Shown here in pieces: positions 8,901-18,023 of a stretch of DNA of 50,116 bases; positions within the stretch are counted from its first letter, which is position 1, and each line of letters opens with the position of its first letter. The stretch lies in the IMG/VR virus record IMGVR_UViG_3300012843_000003, positions 1-50,116 of that record. The stretch is one strand, 5' to 3'. Both the position numbers and the translations under genes were made by a program. The notes beneath the pieces were generated by a model. That model was not told the origin of the DNA. It did not search any database and saw only the letters and a list, made by a program, of their open reading frames with translations. The stretch comes from a virus (taxonomy: Duplodnaviria; Caudoviricetes).

Positions 8901-10196
8901 CTGCAGCGCCAGGTCGGTGACCGGGATGACGTCGGTGTCGTAGTTGTTGGCCGGGTTGTCGTAGCTCACCAGGGCGCGGCTGTAGTGCGTATTGCGCTCA
9001 GCGCCGCCATAGACGAACTCGCCATCGATGACGTTGGCCCGGGTGAAGACGTAGTCGATGTCCTGCGCGCGCGGCATGTCCGCCTGCATGAACAGCGAAC
9101 CGTGGGCCCAGTACACCATGCCTCGGTAGATCGCCGACAGGTCGCGCAGCAGGGTCCAGGCCTCAGCGCGGCCCTGCAGGTTCATGTCGCACAGGTAGCG
9201 CGGTTCTTGCCCGCCAATCCCGTCCGGCACCAGCTGGTCGCAGTACTGGGCGATGCGGTACATCTCCCACTTGTCTACCATCCACGACTTGATGCGCTTG
9301 CCCAGGCCGAAGCGGTCCTCGACGCACAGGCCGTGGGTCACGAATGCCGGGTTGTTGGTCCAGGCCTGCTTGAAGGTGCCGTCCCACACACCGGTATAGG
9401 TGCGGGTCGCCGGGTCGTAGTTGGTCGGTACAGGCCAGAGTTTGGCCTTGCAGTCCACGGTCACCGCGGGGATGTTCTGGAACTGCTGGGCGTCGAACTC
9501 GATGTAGAGGAGCGCGGTGTTCGGATAGCTGAGCTTCTGGTCGATGATCTCCGTGTAGCCGGCAATGGTCATCGTGTCACCCACGGTGCCGCTATTGGCG
9601 TTCGGGGTGATCCGGCGGACGCGCATCATCCAGCCGGTGGTTGCCTTAGGCAGATTGACCCGCACCGAGCGTTGGTAGCCGTTCGTGGTTTTTCCGTCGA
9701 CGGCGCCCTGGTGCTCTTCAACGTACGCCCCGCCATCAGTGGCGATATCGATGGCGTACTCGATGCGGTAGCCGTTGGTGTTGCCGCTGCTGTCCTGGCT
9801 GACCAAGCGCGGCCAGGACATCCGCACGCGCACCGCAGACAGCTGCGTGTTGCTCAGCGAGCGCGTGAACGGGCTGTCACTGCGCAGCTCAACGTTGACG
9901 GTGTTCTCGCTCTCGATCGAGGGAATGCCCTGGATATATTCCTGCTCAACGCTACCGCGGCGCCACTCCCACTTCACGCCCGGGAAGTTCACATTGCCGC
10001 TGGCGTCCATGATCGGCGTGTTGTCGAGGTAGATGTCGCGGTCGGTCGGCGTGCCGTCGAACTCCCCCTCGCCCACCGCCAACAGGATCTTGGCGATGTT
10101 CGTCGACTGCAGGCTGTCCGGTGCCTCTACGGGGGTTTTAGGCTTGCTCTCGCCGCCCTTGGCGCCGGTGATGTCCAGGTGAGCTGCTGCGCCCAT
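5961..10196 (-). CDS. J: Host specificity / central tail fibre protein J
   Basis: 'GAKGGESKPKTPVEAPDSLQS', 'WTNNPA', FN3 region, DUF1983-like C-terminus; start at ATG 10196 with GGAGGA RBS. Confidence 0.95.
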   Translation of the reverse strand: MGAAAHLDITGAKGGESKPKTPVEAPDSLQSTNIAKILLAVGEGEFDGTPTDRDIYLDNTPIMDASGNVNFPGVKWEWRRGSVEQEYIQGIPSIESENTVNVELRSDSPFTRSLSNTQLSAVRVRMSWPRLVSQDSSGNTNGYRIEYAIDIATDGGAYVEEHQGAVDGKTTNGYQRSVRVNLPKATTGWMMRVRRITPNANSGTVGDTMTIAGYTEIIDQKLSYPNTALLYIEFDAQQFQNIPAVTVDCKAKLWPVPTNYDPATRTYTGVWDGTFKQAWTNNPAFVTHGLCVEDRFGLGKRIKSWMVDKWEMYRIAQYCDQLVPDGIGGQEPRYLCDMNLQGRAEAWTLLRDLSAIYRGMVYWAHGSLFMQADMPRAQDIDYVFTRANVIDGEFVYGGAERNTHYSRALVSYDNPANNYDTDVIPVTDLALQRRYRDRPIEISAIGCTRPSEAQRRGKWALLSNSQDRTVTFKTGMEGRIPLPGYVIPVADELVAGRPNGGRISAAAGRVVTLDRDTPIKAGDRLILNLPNGTAQARTVQSVAGRAVTVTTAYGVQPEPELQWAIDYDDLAVQLFRVLKTTRTQEGDYEITALEFNPSKFAAIDTGAKLDERPISVIPVKTVQPPASVSLTSAYAVDQGIAVSTMTIAWPAVQGAVAYDVEWRKDNGNWIRLQRTGATSVDVVGIYAGAYLARVRAVSSFDITSIWKSSTLTELKGKEGAPPALAYLRTKSEIFGIRLSWGFPEGAADTAYTELQMASEYTGQNPEALGLQAYPTSGYLHSGMAAGVIRYFRGRLVDRTGNIGPWTDWVHGQSSADANEILDYITGKITETELGQNLLSEIEKISGTGPGSINERIEGVAEDLNERITVGDNALQGQLDTLQAQIADIAGAPDWESGKSYLAGSLVKLDGKMYRAKQDVPAGTPVTNGTYWEYIGDYASIGDMVAALAVRLDGVETSVEEINGELAAVASRVLGVEAQVNPDMAGGNDWFAGGAAVKAGTWTVYSAFASADLAIARQVDEVKVSVGNVEAAVSQESYARATEDEALAQSITKLGVKVDGNTADITQEASTRANADEALAQTITQMGVRVGDAESKITQESVTRATADTALAQQITQMGVRVGDAESAITTESTTRATADLALTQQIVKANSRIDDAEASITTEINTRATADEAITQSITQMGSRVGNAESAISQEALTRANADTALTQQVSLANSRIGDAEASIATEATTRANADSALSQSITQVGVRVGNAEGNIQAISSAQASTDGKLNLMYSIKLGVNSNGTYYAAGMAIGIENTPSGMQSQVVFLADRFAVLQSINGVPQAMFAVENGQTVIASAFISKLAVQNAMVGNTIYSSQVTNWGPQIMSQDFTTGRIAIHHPTMANTYNEMDRNGIKVYINGVLRVRMGTW
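6432..7103 (-). repeat. Seven tandem 96-bp (32-aa) coiled-coil repeats in J
   Basis: Consensus ITQExxTRAxADxALxQxITQMGVRVGDAES, seven copies. Confidence 0.85.
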
Positions 10197-10213
10197 GCTT
10201 TCCTCCGGGCAAT

Positions 10214-10234
10214 AAAAAACCGCCCGGAGGCGGT
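10214..10234 (-). terminator. Intrinsic terminator between I and J
   Basis: ACCGCC-TCCG-GGCGGT then TTTTT on the minus strand. Confidence 0.65.
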
Positions 10235-10251
10235 CTGTTCGCTGTGTTGGC

Positions 10252-10854
10252 CTAGGCCTTGTCTTGCGCCTCGATGGAGGCCGAGATGATCGCCCCGCCC
10301 CAGCGGCGTTTGCCGATACAGATCGGCACCGGGTTTCCGCTCGCGGTGGTGTTCTTGGCACTGCCGAAGGCGTAGCTCGGGAGGTTCTCCGGAGTGCCAC
10401 TCATGGTGAGTCCTTGAGCCTGTGGGCTTAGCATTTGGATCACACCGCCCACGGCCATTGAGCCACCGCCCATGCCAACAGCGAGAGCTGTGGCAGCAGA
10501 CCAGCCTAGCGGGTTCCACCAGGCCAAGGCCACGATCGCAACGCCGATGATGGTCTGAAGCAGGCCTGCTCGCTTGCTTCCGGTAATAACAGGGGCTATC
10601 CGGATATCACCAGTTCCCCCGAAGCCGAGCTCCTTTTCTTCAAGGTTCCTTTCTCCACGGAAGATGGCGAACTCAAGCCCCTCCGCCTTGGAATTGGCAA
10701 TAAACCGCTCGAAGCCAGGGACCTGAATACAGAGAGCTTTGATCGCTTCCGCAGGAGACCGAACGGATAGCCTGAAGGACCGCCCGAATCGGCGAAGCTT
10801 TCCGTAAAGCAGGACGTTGGTCATTGGTTGATGTTCGGCTGCAAAGGCGGTCAT
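10252..10854 (-). CDS. I: Tail assembly protein I
   Basis: 'LYGKLRRFGRSFRLSVRSPAEAIKAL', 'SYAFGSAKNTTASGNPVP...GGAIISA'. Confidence 0.92.
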   Translation of the reverse strand: MTAFAAEHQPMTNVLLYGKLRRFGRSFRLSVRSPAEAIKALCIQVPGFERFIANSKAEGLEFAIFRGERNLEEKELGFGGTGDIRIAPVITGSKRAGLLQTIIGVAIVALAWWNPLGWSAATALAVGMGGGSMAVGGVIQMLSPQAQGLTMSGTPENLPSYAFGSAKNTTASGNPVPICIGKRRWGGAIISASIEAQDKA

Positions 10855-10871
10855 TGCTTTCCTCCAGGAAC

Positions 10872-10895
10872 AAAAAAGCCACCCGAAGGTGGCTT
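10872..10895 (-). terminator. Intrinsic terminator of the lipoprotein moron
   Basis: AAGCCACC-TTCG-GGTGGCTT followed by Ts on the minus strand. Confidence 0.8.
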
Positions 10896-10911
10896 GGGAT
10901 AAGTGCGTCTT

Positions 10912-11268
10912 CTACTTGACGCACGCCTTCACCGCGTCGATGACCCGTTCAAGCGGCGACTGCCATGTGCGGTAGAAGTGATATCGAACCGTGGATCCGC
11001 CGTTGCTTGGCTCTACATCGACCAAGTGCAGAGGCGCCTGCGCGTCTGGAGCGAGAACCGAGTAACGATTGCCGGAGGACTGCAGGATTCCGCCGACGCT
11101 TGCGCCCAGAACGGTAGTGCTCTGCCAGCTATCACGAATGCATTCAGCGACGTCCTTGGCAGGCTTTTGTGATTTCAGATCTAAAAGCGACGGATTGCTT
11201 CGAGTTTCGGAAACGCTCGCACACCCGGCCAACAAAGCCAGACCCAGAGCACCGATCAGAATTCGCAT
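10912..11268 (-). CDS. Lipoprotein moron between K and I
   Basis: Start ATG 11268 with GGAGG RBS; lipobox LLAG-C; own terminator. Confidence 0.8.
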   Translation of the reverse strand: MRILIGALGLALLAGCASVSETRSNPSLLDLKSQKPAKDVAECIRDSWQSTTVLGASVGGILQSSGNRYSVLAPDAQAPLHLVDVEPSNGGSTVRYHFYRTWQSPLERVIDAVKACVK

Positions 11269-11300
11269 GTGATCCCTCCCTGAAAACTGGAAATGTACCA

Positions 11301-12056
11301 TCACTTGGCATCTCGATGCCGCAACACCAGGCGCATCCGATCAAGCCAGGGTCCGCCAAACACGATGATTTCCGAGGGCCTGCCGAGCAGGTGGTGCAGC
11401 ATGAAGGGGCCAGGACCGAAGACCTGAGCATGCTCCTCTGGCAACTGCGCCTCAGCGCCGAGATAAATGCCCGCGTGATTGGGGTGCGCCGTGCGCCCGA
11501 CGGCCATGACGATCATGTCGCCTCGCTGAGGCTCACTGACCTGGTAGAAGCCGGCAGCTTCATAGGCCTGCTCGTAAAGGCTCGGGCCGTCTGCCTGCTC
11601 CCACCATCCCTCCTCTCTGGCGTAAGCCGGGAACTCCAGTCCCCACTCGCGCTTGTACCAGTCCGCGCAAACCTGCCAGCAGTCCCAGGCGCCATGCACG
11701 AAAGGTCGGCCCAGCAGCGGCGTGTGACCGGTCGGGGTGATGGTGCGCAGGTCGCCTTCCGGCCAGGACAGGATGTACCAAGGCAAACCCGTTGCTTCGC
11801 ACATGGCCAGGTCGCGCGGCGACGGCCTGCTGGTGGCGTCGGGATGCGAGTGCACGATACCGATCACCTGGCCCTGGTCCTCGGCTGCCGCATACTGCTC
11901 CGGTGAGATGCGGAACTCCTCCGCCGGATCGGTCGCGGTATTGTCGCACGGTATGTACCGCTGGGAGCGGCCCACGGCAATGATCAGGCCGCAGCACTCG
12001 CGCGGGTATTCCGCCGCAGCGTGCGCTTGCACGGCGGCGAGGATGTGTTTGCGCAT
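11301..12056 (-). CDS. K: Tail assembly protein K (JAB + NlpC/P60)
   Basis: 'EYPRECCG', 'HSHPD...PSPRD', 'DCWQVCADWY', 'PNHAGIY'; start at ATG 12056. Confidence 0.93.
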   Translation of the reverse strand: MRKHILAAVQAHAAAEYPRECCGLIIAVGRSQRYIPCDNTATDPAEEFRISPEQYAAAEDQGQVIGIVHSHPDATSRPSPRDLAMCEATGLPWYILSWPEGDLRTITPTGHTPLLGRPFVHGAWDCWQVCADWYKREWGLEFPAYAREEGWWEQADGPSLYEQAYEAAGFYQVSEPQRGDMIVMAVGRTAHPNHAGIYLGAEAQLPEEHAQVFGPGPFMLHHLLGRPSEIIVFGGPWLDRMRLVLRHRDAK

Positions 12057-12058
12057 GG

Positions 12059-12808
12059 TCAGCTCCGTGCGATCAGGGAAACGGCCGGGAAGCCGCCGAA
12101 GGGCAACTGGTTGCCCTGGCCAAAGCGAACTGTGCAGCCTGAGTCCAGACAGCCATTGCACTGGTCCTTGGCCGGGTCGTCCGTGGCTTTTCCATCGAGG
12201 TCGAAGTAGGGGCCGGTGTATCCGCAGTTGGGGCCGCGGTAGCCGGCGGTCATCGCCCAATGGCACAGCTGGGTCATCTGCCGGCCGATGGTCTCGCCGC
12301 CGACATCGCCAGGGCTAGCGAGCTCCCAGGCGACCGTGGTACCGCTCTCCGACAGCTTCTGATCGATGTACCAGACCTCAATCGCTTCCTCGGTAGGGTC
12401 GGCCTCCGGGTTGCCGGCGGGGAAGTTTGCCGCGTCTAAGTAGCGCGCCATGGTGTGACGCATTGTCAGCTTGAACTCGAGCAGGTTGTCGAAGGCCAGG
12501 CATAGCGCTGTGATCCTGCCGTTGACGTTGCCTACGGTCAGCGTGGGTCGCACGGCGGTGCCGTCCGAGTTCGCCTCGATGCCATCGATCTGCATGGGCC
12601 AGGCGCCGTACTCGTTGCCCTGCCACCAGATCGACTTGGCCGGAAGCTGGTCGGCGTTCGCGCCAGCTGCCGCAAGCTCCTCGGGTGTATGCGGTATCGC
12701 GTGCCCGTGGAAGCGCAGCGTGTCGGCGCCAAAGTCTGAGCCATCCAGCTCGAACAGCAACACCTCGCCGCCAGGCTCCAGGGTCTGGATGTCCTTGATC
12801 AGTGACAT
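12059..12808 (-). CDS. L: Minor tail protein L
   Basis: 'CHW...YRGPNCGYTG...DQCNGCLDSGC...LPFGGFP' Fe-S cysteines. Confidence 0.93.
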   Translation of the reverse strand: MSLIKDIQTLEPGGEVLLFELDGSDFGADTLRFHGHAIPHTPEELAAAGANADQLPAKSIWWQGNEYGAWPMQIDGIEANSDGTAVRPTLTVGNVNGRITALCLAFDNLLEFKLTMRHTMARYLDAANFPAGNPEADPTEEAIEVWYIDQKLSESGTTVAWELASPGDVGGETIGRQMTQLCHWAMTAGYRGPNCGYTGPYFDLDGKATDDPAKDQCNGCLDSGCTVRFGQGNQLPFGGFPAVSLIARS

Positions 12809-12817
12809 GGTGAATCC

Positions 12818-13156
12818 TTACGGGTGAAATGCCCGCTCGAAGGTGGCGGTGACTTTGAACCGGCCACCACCGACGGGCGTGGGCTTGGGGTCGGCGCAAG
12901 TGAAGAGCCCGAGATCTCCGAGCGGTGTCGACCAGAGGAAGGCCTTGGCGCCGCCGTGCCGGTCGAAAAACTCCATGACCTTGCGGACCTGGGCTTTTGT
13001 GCCGGTAACGGTGATCGGGTAGCTGTCCTCCTTGTTGTTGGGGCCGTCGCCTACTGTTTGCCGGTAGCCACCGCCGAAGCGAGACTCGCGCACCCGGTAA
13101 CTGATCTCTGGCGTTTCGCCGCGCTGGGTGGGCCAGCTGAACTTCTCGATGGCCAT
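12818..13156 (-). CDS. M: Minor tail protein M (distal tail)
   Basis: 'FGGGYRQTVGDGPN...HGGAKAFLWSTP...ATFE'; start at ATG 13156 coupled to the H stop. Confidence 0.9.
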   Translation of the reverse strand: MAIEKFSWPTQRGETPEISYRVRESRFGGGYRQTVGDGPNNKEDSYPITVTGTKAQVRKVMEFFDRHGGAKAFLWSTPLGDLGLFTCADPKPTPVGGGRFKVTATFERAFHP

Positions 13157-16100
13157 CAGCGCCTCCCTTGTGCGTTTCGGTAGCTCACTCCGCCCGGGCG
13201 CCACGAATCTGCGACCGCCTTTTCTGCAGCAATCTGCAACTGCTTCTGCATGTTCTGTTGAAGCAGTGCTTGATCGAGCTGCATCCCCTCGTTACTACGG
13301 TCCTCCATGACCAGGCTGATCGGAGCCGACAGGCTAATAGCGGTTCCAGATCCTCCTCCGACCGCCCTGACGCCTAATTGGCCGCCGGACGTGCGGGTCA
13401 GAGGCATGACAGCTTCGTCGCCAGCCTCCCCCATCACACCGAGCTTGCCCCCGGCCATGCCGAAGGCCGTGGGCGTGCTGACGATGGAGTTGGTAAATGC
13501 GCCGCCATTGGCGAACATTTGCACGCCATTCGACCAAGCCCCGCCCAGAGCCTGGGGGAAATAGGCGCTGCCGTATCCGGCCTGCGAAGCCCCGAGATTA
13601 GAGGAAACAGCACCTGCGGAACCGGCAGCCATACCATTGCCGCTACCCCCGCCAAAATAAGCAGAGGCCGCAGTGGCGCCCCAGCTCACGAGGCTACCGA
13701 GCAAACCTGGTGCAGCCCGCTGCGTCTCGATTCTTACCATGTCGGCCAGAATCGACTTGGTGAAGTCCGCGAACGAGAACTTGCCGGTCATTGCGAAGTT
13801 CACAACCGCATCCTCCATCGAGGTAAAGGCGTTGGTGAAAAGGGTTTTCGTCTGGCCGGCGACATCACGGGCCTGCTCCAGGTAGTTTTGGAAGGCCGAC
13901 GACGCCCCCTTCCGCCAGTCGCCCTGGGCATCGGTCATCGCGTCGTAGTTGGCGATGGTCGTTTCCTGAAGATCCCTTTCGGTCTTGCCCAGGGCCGCCA
14001 GCTTCTGGTTGTACTCATCAAGGCTCATACCGCGTGAGCCGTCGCCATATTGGTTGGCTAGGTCCAAGCGCTGCTGATTCATGCGATCAGTGATGCCGTT
14101 CTGCTGATCCTGCAAGCCGCGCTGGCGATCACCGAGCCCAAGGCTGTCGGCGGAGCGCTGACCCTGCTGCCTCAGCGCCAGGACCTGCTGGTCGAGGGCG
14201 TCTGTGTAGGTCTGCACAGCCCTGGCCTGCTTGGCCAGCCGTCCTTGCTCATTGGTCGCGAGCACCGAAAGCTCGGTATCGGCGTCCTTTTGAGCCTTCA
14301 CCATGGCGGCCCGGGCGTCGGCGATCTTCTGGTCCAGCTGGATACGCTGCTGCGCGCTTGTGCTGCTGCGCCCTTTGGCGTCCTCCATGGCTTTGATTTC
14401 GGCCTCGTAGGCGTTTGTGACCTCGACCTTCTGCTGCTCAATGATCGCGGCGCGCTGGGCTGCATACGACTCCTGCGAGATCAGGCCGGCCTTCTGCGCC
14501 GCGTCCAGCTCCTTCTGCTGGTTTTTGTACTCAGCCAGGATGGCAGCCAGGGCGTTCTTCTGGTCGTTGAAGCCGGAAAGGTCGACGGGCGTGGTGCGCC
14601 CGCCGGTGTCCTTGAACTGCTTGGCGATGTCAGCCTGCACCCGAGCGATGTTCTCGGGCTTCAGCCGCTCATCATCCGGGTTGACCTTGCGGATCGCTTC
14701 GAGAGATTTGGTGTACTCCTTCAGCGCGTCCGCCCGCTTTTCTGCGTTGGTCCTAGCTGACTTCTCCAAAGCGTCGATCTTACCGATCGCCACAATTGCC
14801 GCCTGCTGCCGCTGGGCGTCGAGCTCCTGTGCCCTCGCGATGGCTTGCTGTGTGTCTCGCTGCTGGATGAGCGCTTTGAGCTCAAGGTTGGCGTCCGTCA
14901 GCTTCTTCTGTGCTGCGGTGTCGTCAGGATCACCATTCACCGCACTCTGCGCCGCTGCCAGACGCTGCTGCGTCTCGACGATACGGCTCGCTATATCCTG
15001 GTCACGGCCGATGTTCTTGACCGAGTCGACTGTTGCAGCGACCTCGCCACGCAGCGCCTTCCAGCCGCGCTCCCAGATCGAGAGGTTCTCGGTGACTTCC
15101 TTGCTGCGGTTCTTGATGGTATCGACGTAGGTGTCGGTCAGCAGCTTGGCAGCCCCGATGGTGTCGCCCTGCTCCTTCAATGCGACGATCTGCGAGTAGG
15201 TTGTTGCTGTCAGGAAGTTGTACTGCTCGTTGAGTTCCTTGGCGGCGGTCACCGGGTCCTTGCCGATCTTCACGAACTCGGCAACGGTCTCCTCTATTGC
15301 CCTTCCGGTCGCAGACCGCCATTCCAGGGCCGCCTCAGTGATCTCGACGAAGCTGTCTGATGCGATTCTGCCGCTGCCGGCCAGCTGGGTGAGCACCTCA
15401 GCCGCGGCGCCGGTGGTGCCGACGGTCGCCGCAACCTGGCGTGCCATCCCGGACATTTGGTCCGCCGTTGTGCCAGCGGCATTACCGGTCTTAATCAGCT
15501 CCTTCTGGAATCCGACCGCCTCCTCGCTGCCCGAATAGTAGGCATAGCCGAGCACGGCCATCGCGGCAGCCGCAACAGTGAAGGGATTCACCAGGCCCAG
15601 GACGTAGCCGCCGAGCGCTTGTACGGCAGGACCGATCCCACCGAACATGTCCTTGAGCTGGCCGCCCTGCTGGAGCAACACGGTCAGTGGCGCCTGGCCG
15701 CCTTGCAGGGATACCACGATGTCGGTGAACTGCGCGGGCACTCCGCGCAGCGCAGCGGCGGTAGCCTTGGCGGTCATCCCCGTCTTGTTGAGCGCGTTAT
15801 CGGCGCCGCCCAAGGCGGTGCGCGCCTGGTCAATCTTCGTTTGGTACTCGCCGAATGTCTCGGCGTCGAGCGCGCCGTTGGCGCGGAAGCCCTTGAGCTT
15901 CTGCTCCATCTGGTCCAGCCGGCTCATTGCTGCGACGGTCGGGTCGATCCTGCCTAGCAGTTCCTCGAGCGCCTGGCCTTCTTCTCGATGCGCGCCGGCG
16001 GCCTTCTTCGCCGCCTCCGCCTGACGCTCCTCCGTGGCGATGAGCGCTTGAGCCCGGCTATTGATGGACGCCTGCCGGCTGGCACTGTCCGATAGAACAG

Positions 16101-16614
16101 CGTTCGCCTGGGCGGTGACCTCGGCGCTCTGCTCGGTCGCCCGGTTCAGGGACTGCACGTACTGGCTGGCCTCCAGCGAGGCCTTGGCCACAGCCAGAAT
16201 CCTGGCCTGCTGCTCGTCCGCGGATTCGGCAGCTCGCCGGCCGGCCTGTGCACCGGCATCCGTGGCACTGGTAAGCGCCTCTTGTACCTTGCCCGCCTGC
16301 GCGGCTTCGGTCCGAAACGCCCCCATGTTCGCTGCGGCACTACTGAACGCCGTCGAGGCATTGGTGACAGCGCGGCCCACTGTGGCCATCTGCTGCGCAA
16401 GCTCAGTCTGCTTGGCGTTGAGCGCCTGCAGCTCCTGCACGATCTGCCGGGTATCACCCAGCAGGCTGCCCAGGGCAGCTTCCCAGGCCCGGCCCGTTCG
16501 ACCAGCCGACTCTTCGCTGCGCTTGCCGGCATCCGTCAGCTGGTCGAGATTGTCCTTGGCCTCAACGGCATCACCGGAGTCGATCTGAAGACCGAGAGAG
16601 GCAATGGTGGTCAT
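13156..16614 (-). CDS. H: Tape measure protein H
   Basis: 1152 aa helical; 'PAQFTDIVVSLQGGQAPLTVLLQQGGQLKDMFGG'; C-terminal 'MGEAGDEAVMPL'. Confidence 0.95.
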   Translation of the reverse strand: MTTIASLGLQIDSGDAVEAKDNLDQLTDAGKRSEESAGRTGRAWEAALGSLLGDTRQIVQELQALNAKQTELAQQMATVGRAVTNASTAFSSAAANMGAFRTEAAQAGKVQEALTSATDAGAQAGRRAAESADEQQARILAVAKASLEASQYVQSLNRATEQSAEVTAQANAVLSDSASRQASINSRAQALIATEERQAEAAKKAAGAHREEGQALEELLGRIDPTVAAMSRLDQMEQKLKGFRANGALDAETFGEYQTKIDQARTALGGADNALNKTGMTAKATAAALRGVPAQFTDIVVSLQGGQAPLTVLLQQGGQLKDMFGGIGPAVQALGGYVLGLVNPFTVAAAAMAVLGYAYYSGSEEAVGFQKELIKTGNAAGTTADQMSGMARQVAATVGTTGAAAEVLTQLAGSGRIASDSFVEITEAALEWRSATGRAIEETVAEFVKIGKDPVTAAKELNEQYNFLTATTYSQIVALKEQGDTIGAAKLLTDTYVDTIKNRSKEVTENLSIWERGWKALRGEVAATVDSVKNIGRDQDIASRIVETQQRLAAAQSAVNGDPDDTAAQKKLTDANLELKALIQQRDTQQAIARAQELDAQRQQAAIVAIGKIDALEKSARTNAEKRADALKEYTKSLEAIRKVNPDDERLKPENIARVQADIAKQFKDTGGRTTPVDLSGFNDQKNALAAILAEYKNQQKELDAAQKAGLISQESYAAQRAAIIEQQKVEVTNAYEAEIKAMEDAKGRSSTSAQQRIQLDQKIADARAAMVKAQKDADTELSVLATNEQGRLAKQARAVQTYTDALDQQVLALRQQGQRSADSLGLGDRQRGLQDQQNGITDRMNQQRLDLANQYGDGSRGMSLDEYNQKLAALGKTERDLQETTIANYDAMTDAQGDWRKGASSAFQNYLEQARDVAGQTKTLFTNAFTSMEDAVVNFAMTGKFSFADFTKSILADMVRIETQRAAPGLLGSLVSWGATAASAYFGGGSGNGMAAGSAGAVSSNLGASQAGYGSAYFPQALGGAWSNGVQMFANGGAFTNSIVSTPTAFGMAGGKLGVMGEAGDEAVMPLTRTSGGQLGVRAVGGGSGTAISLSAPISLVMEDRSNEGMQLDQALLQQNMQKQLQIAAEKAVADSWRPGGVSYRNAQGRR

Positions 16615-16617
16615 GAT

Positions 16618-16941
16618 CTACTCCATGGATTCGGCCATGACGGCCAAGGCCTCGACCTCCATGACGCGGAGATCGGGGAAAATTTCGGTGAGGCAACCAC
16701 GCTTGATGCCAAGCATTGCTGCCGTCGAGGAGATGGCGGTGTAGTCCAGCCCTGACGGCCCGCCCGGCCCCACCCTCCACTGGGTGCCCATAGCATCGAA
16801 CAGGCGGAAGGCAGGCCACGCATCCGGCCAGACCTCCACCTCTTCTTCATCGATGTCTTCCGGCGTCAGTCCCAAGGCCGCAAGTTGCTCGGCGGTAGGG
16901 CCCCGCTCGTAGCACGCCCGGGCCGCCGCCCTCAGTTTCCC
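16618..16941 (-). CDS. Tail chaperone T portion (DUF1799-like), reached by -1 frameshift from G
   Basis: The -1 frame from GGGAAAC is open into 'LGLTPEDI...VWPDAWPAF...TQWRVG...GLDY...LRVMEVEAL'. Confidence 0.8.
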   Translation of the reverse strand, partial: GKLRAAARACYERGPTAEQLAALGLTPEDIDEEEVEVWPDAWPAFRLFDAMGTQWRVGPGGPSGLDYTAISSTAAMLGIKRGCLTEIFPDLRVMEVEALAVMAESME

Positions 16942-17315
16942 AAGCGGGCCGGGCTGTAGGCAGCCTGGAAGGAATCGATAACCGCCTTCGGTGCACCGGT
17001 GCAGGTGCGCACTAGGTCGGCGATAGCCTCAGCGCTGAACTCGTCTTCCAGGTCCCAGCCTGTGACGATCTCTCCCAGCTGCTCGGCCTGTAGAGCGATT
17101 TCGCCAGTGGTTACCTCCTCCCACGTCGCCCCGTCTTTCTGCGCCTTCTCCGCCCAGGCGTCGCGCGCCTTATTCCAGCGGTCGAACATTGCGGACAAGG
17201 CCACGCGGTCCATGTAGCGGAACTCGAACTCCACCGGCACCGGATCGGCGCCAATGCGCGGGATCTGCACTAAGGCAGCGAAAGTTGGGTTCTGCGCGAT
17301 TTTGATCTTCGCCAT
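16932..17315 (-). CDS. Tail assembly chaperone G
   Basis: 'NPTF...VEFEFRY...IVTGWDLEDEF...ARLGN'; lies between tube and TMP genes. Confidence 0.88.
   Translation of the reverse strand: MAKIKIAQNPTFAALVQIPRIGADPVPVEFEFRYMDRVALSAMFDRWNKARDAWAEKAQKDGATWEEVTTGEIALQAEQLGEIVTGWDLEDEFSAEAIADLVRTCTGAPKAVIDSFQAAYSPARLGN
16935..16941 (-). other. Programmed -1 frameshift slippery site G GGA AAC
   Basis: XXXYYYZ heptamer immediately before the G stop, as in lambda GGGAAAG. Confidence 0.85.
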
Positions 17316-17324
17316 GAGGACTCC

Positions 17325-17984
17325 TTACGCGCCAGCCAGGTAACGAAGCGAACGGGCCGAGAGGCCGACGCTGATGGTGCGGGTCATGACGTTGTTCCGC
17401 TCCATGGTCGGGTCCGGTGTGATGCTCACGAAGCCTGGATACAGGATCTGGTCGCCGTTGCGGAGCTTCATGCGGATTACCGTGAGCTCTTTCGAGGCAT
17501 CGTAGCCCTCGACGGTCTCCACGTAGGCAGCGCTAGGCTGGTCCTCAACCACGATGGTCAGGGTCCGTGGGTTGCGGTTGGCCGGGTACTGCTTATCGTC
17601 GTCATCCTCGAGGTAGCCGACGGTGGTGTACTGCTGCTCACCGCCTGCGGAGTTGAAGGAGGTGACCTTGGAGATCTGCACCCAGTCGGAGACCGGCAGA
17701 ACAGAGCCAATGCCCGCGCCTGCGGTGAACAGCTCAATGTCGCTGGTGTCCAGGCCACCCAGGGAGAAAGCGTCGTCGGCAACGTTGGATGCCTTGACGG
17801 CACGGTCGTTGATCATTGCCCAGCCGGAGCTGACCAGCAGCACGGCGCCGCTCTGGATGGCATGGCCGGCAGCAGTAGCCACCGGCGGCTTGGCGTTGGT
17901 CAGCGCGGTGAATGGGACAGCAGCGCCGATGACGCGTGCGATCTCCAGCACTGCGCCGTTTGGCAGCGGGAAGCGTGCGGCCAT
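17325..17984 (-). CDS. Major tail tube protein
   Basis: 'LPNG...TNAKPPVAT...SGWAMINDR...SAGGEQQY' (Phage_tail_3-like). Confidence 0.88.
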   Translation of the reverse strand: MAARFPLPNGAVLEIARVIGAAVPFTALTNAKPPVATAAGHAIQSGAVLLVSSGWAMINDRAVKASNVADDAFSLGGLDTSDIELFTAGAGIGSVLPVSDWVQISKVTSFNSAGGEQQYTTVGYLEDDDDKQYPANRNPRTLTIVVEDQPSAAYVETVEGYDASKELTVIRMKLRNGDQILYPGFVSITPDPTMERNNVMTRTISVGLSARSLRYLAGA

Positions 17985-18023
17985 GGTTTGTTTCCTCTTG
18001 ATAACCCGCCGAGCGGCGGGTGG

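Noticed and set aside
10197-10400. N-terminal extension of J in the ORF track (similarly K, holin, cI, O, ssb, DUF6338)
   Set aside because: Overlaps upstream genes or terminators; downstream ATGs have an RBS or stop-start coupling
10252-12056. JAB domain (K) plus ubiquitin-fold protein (I) as a ubiquitin-like conjugation system
   Set aside because: These are the standard lambdoid tail tip assembly genes; no E1 or E2 is present
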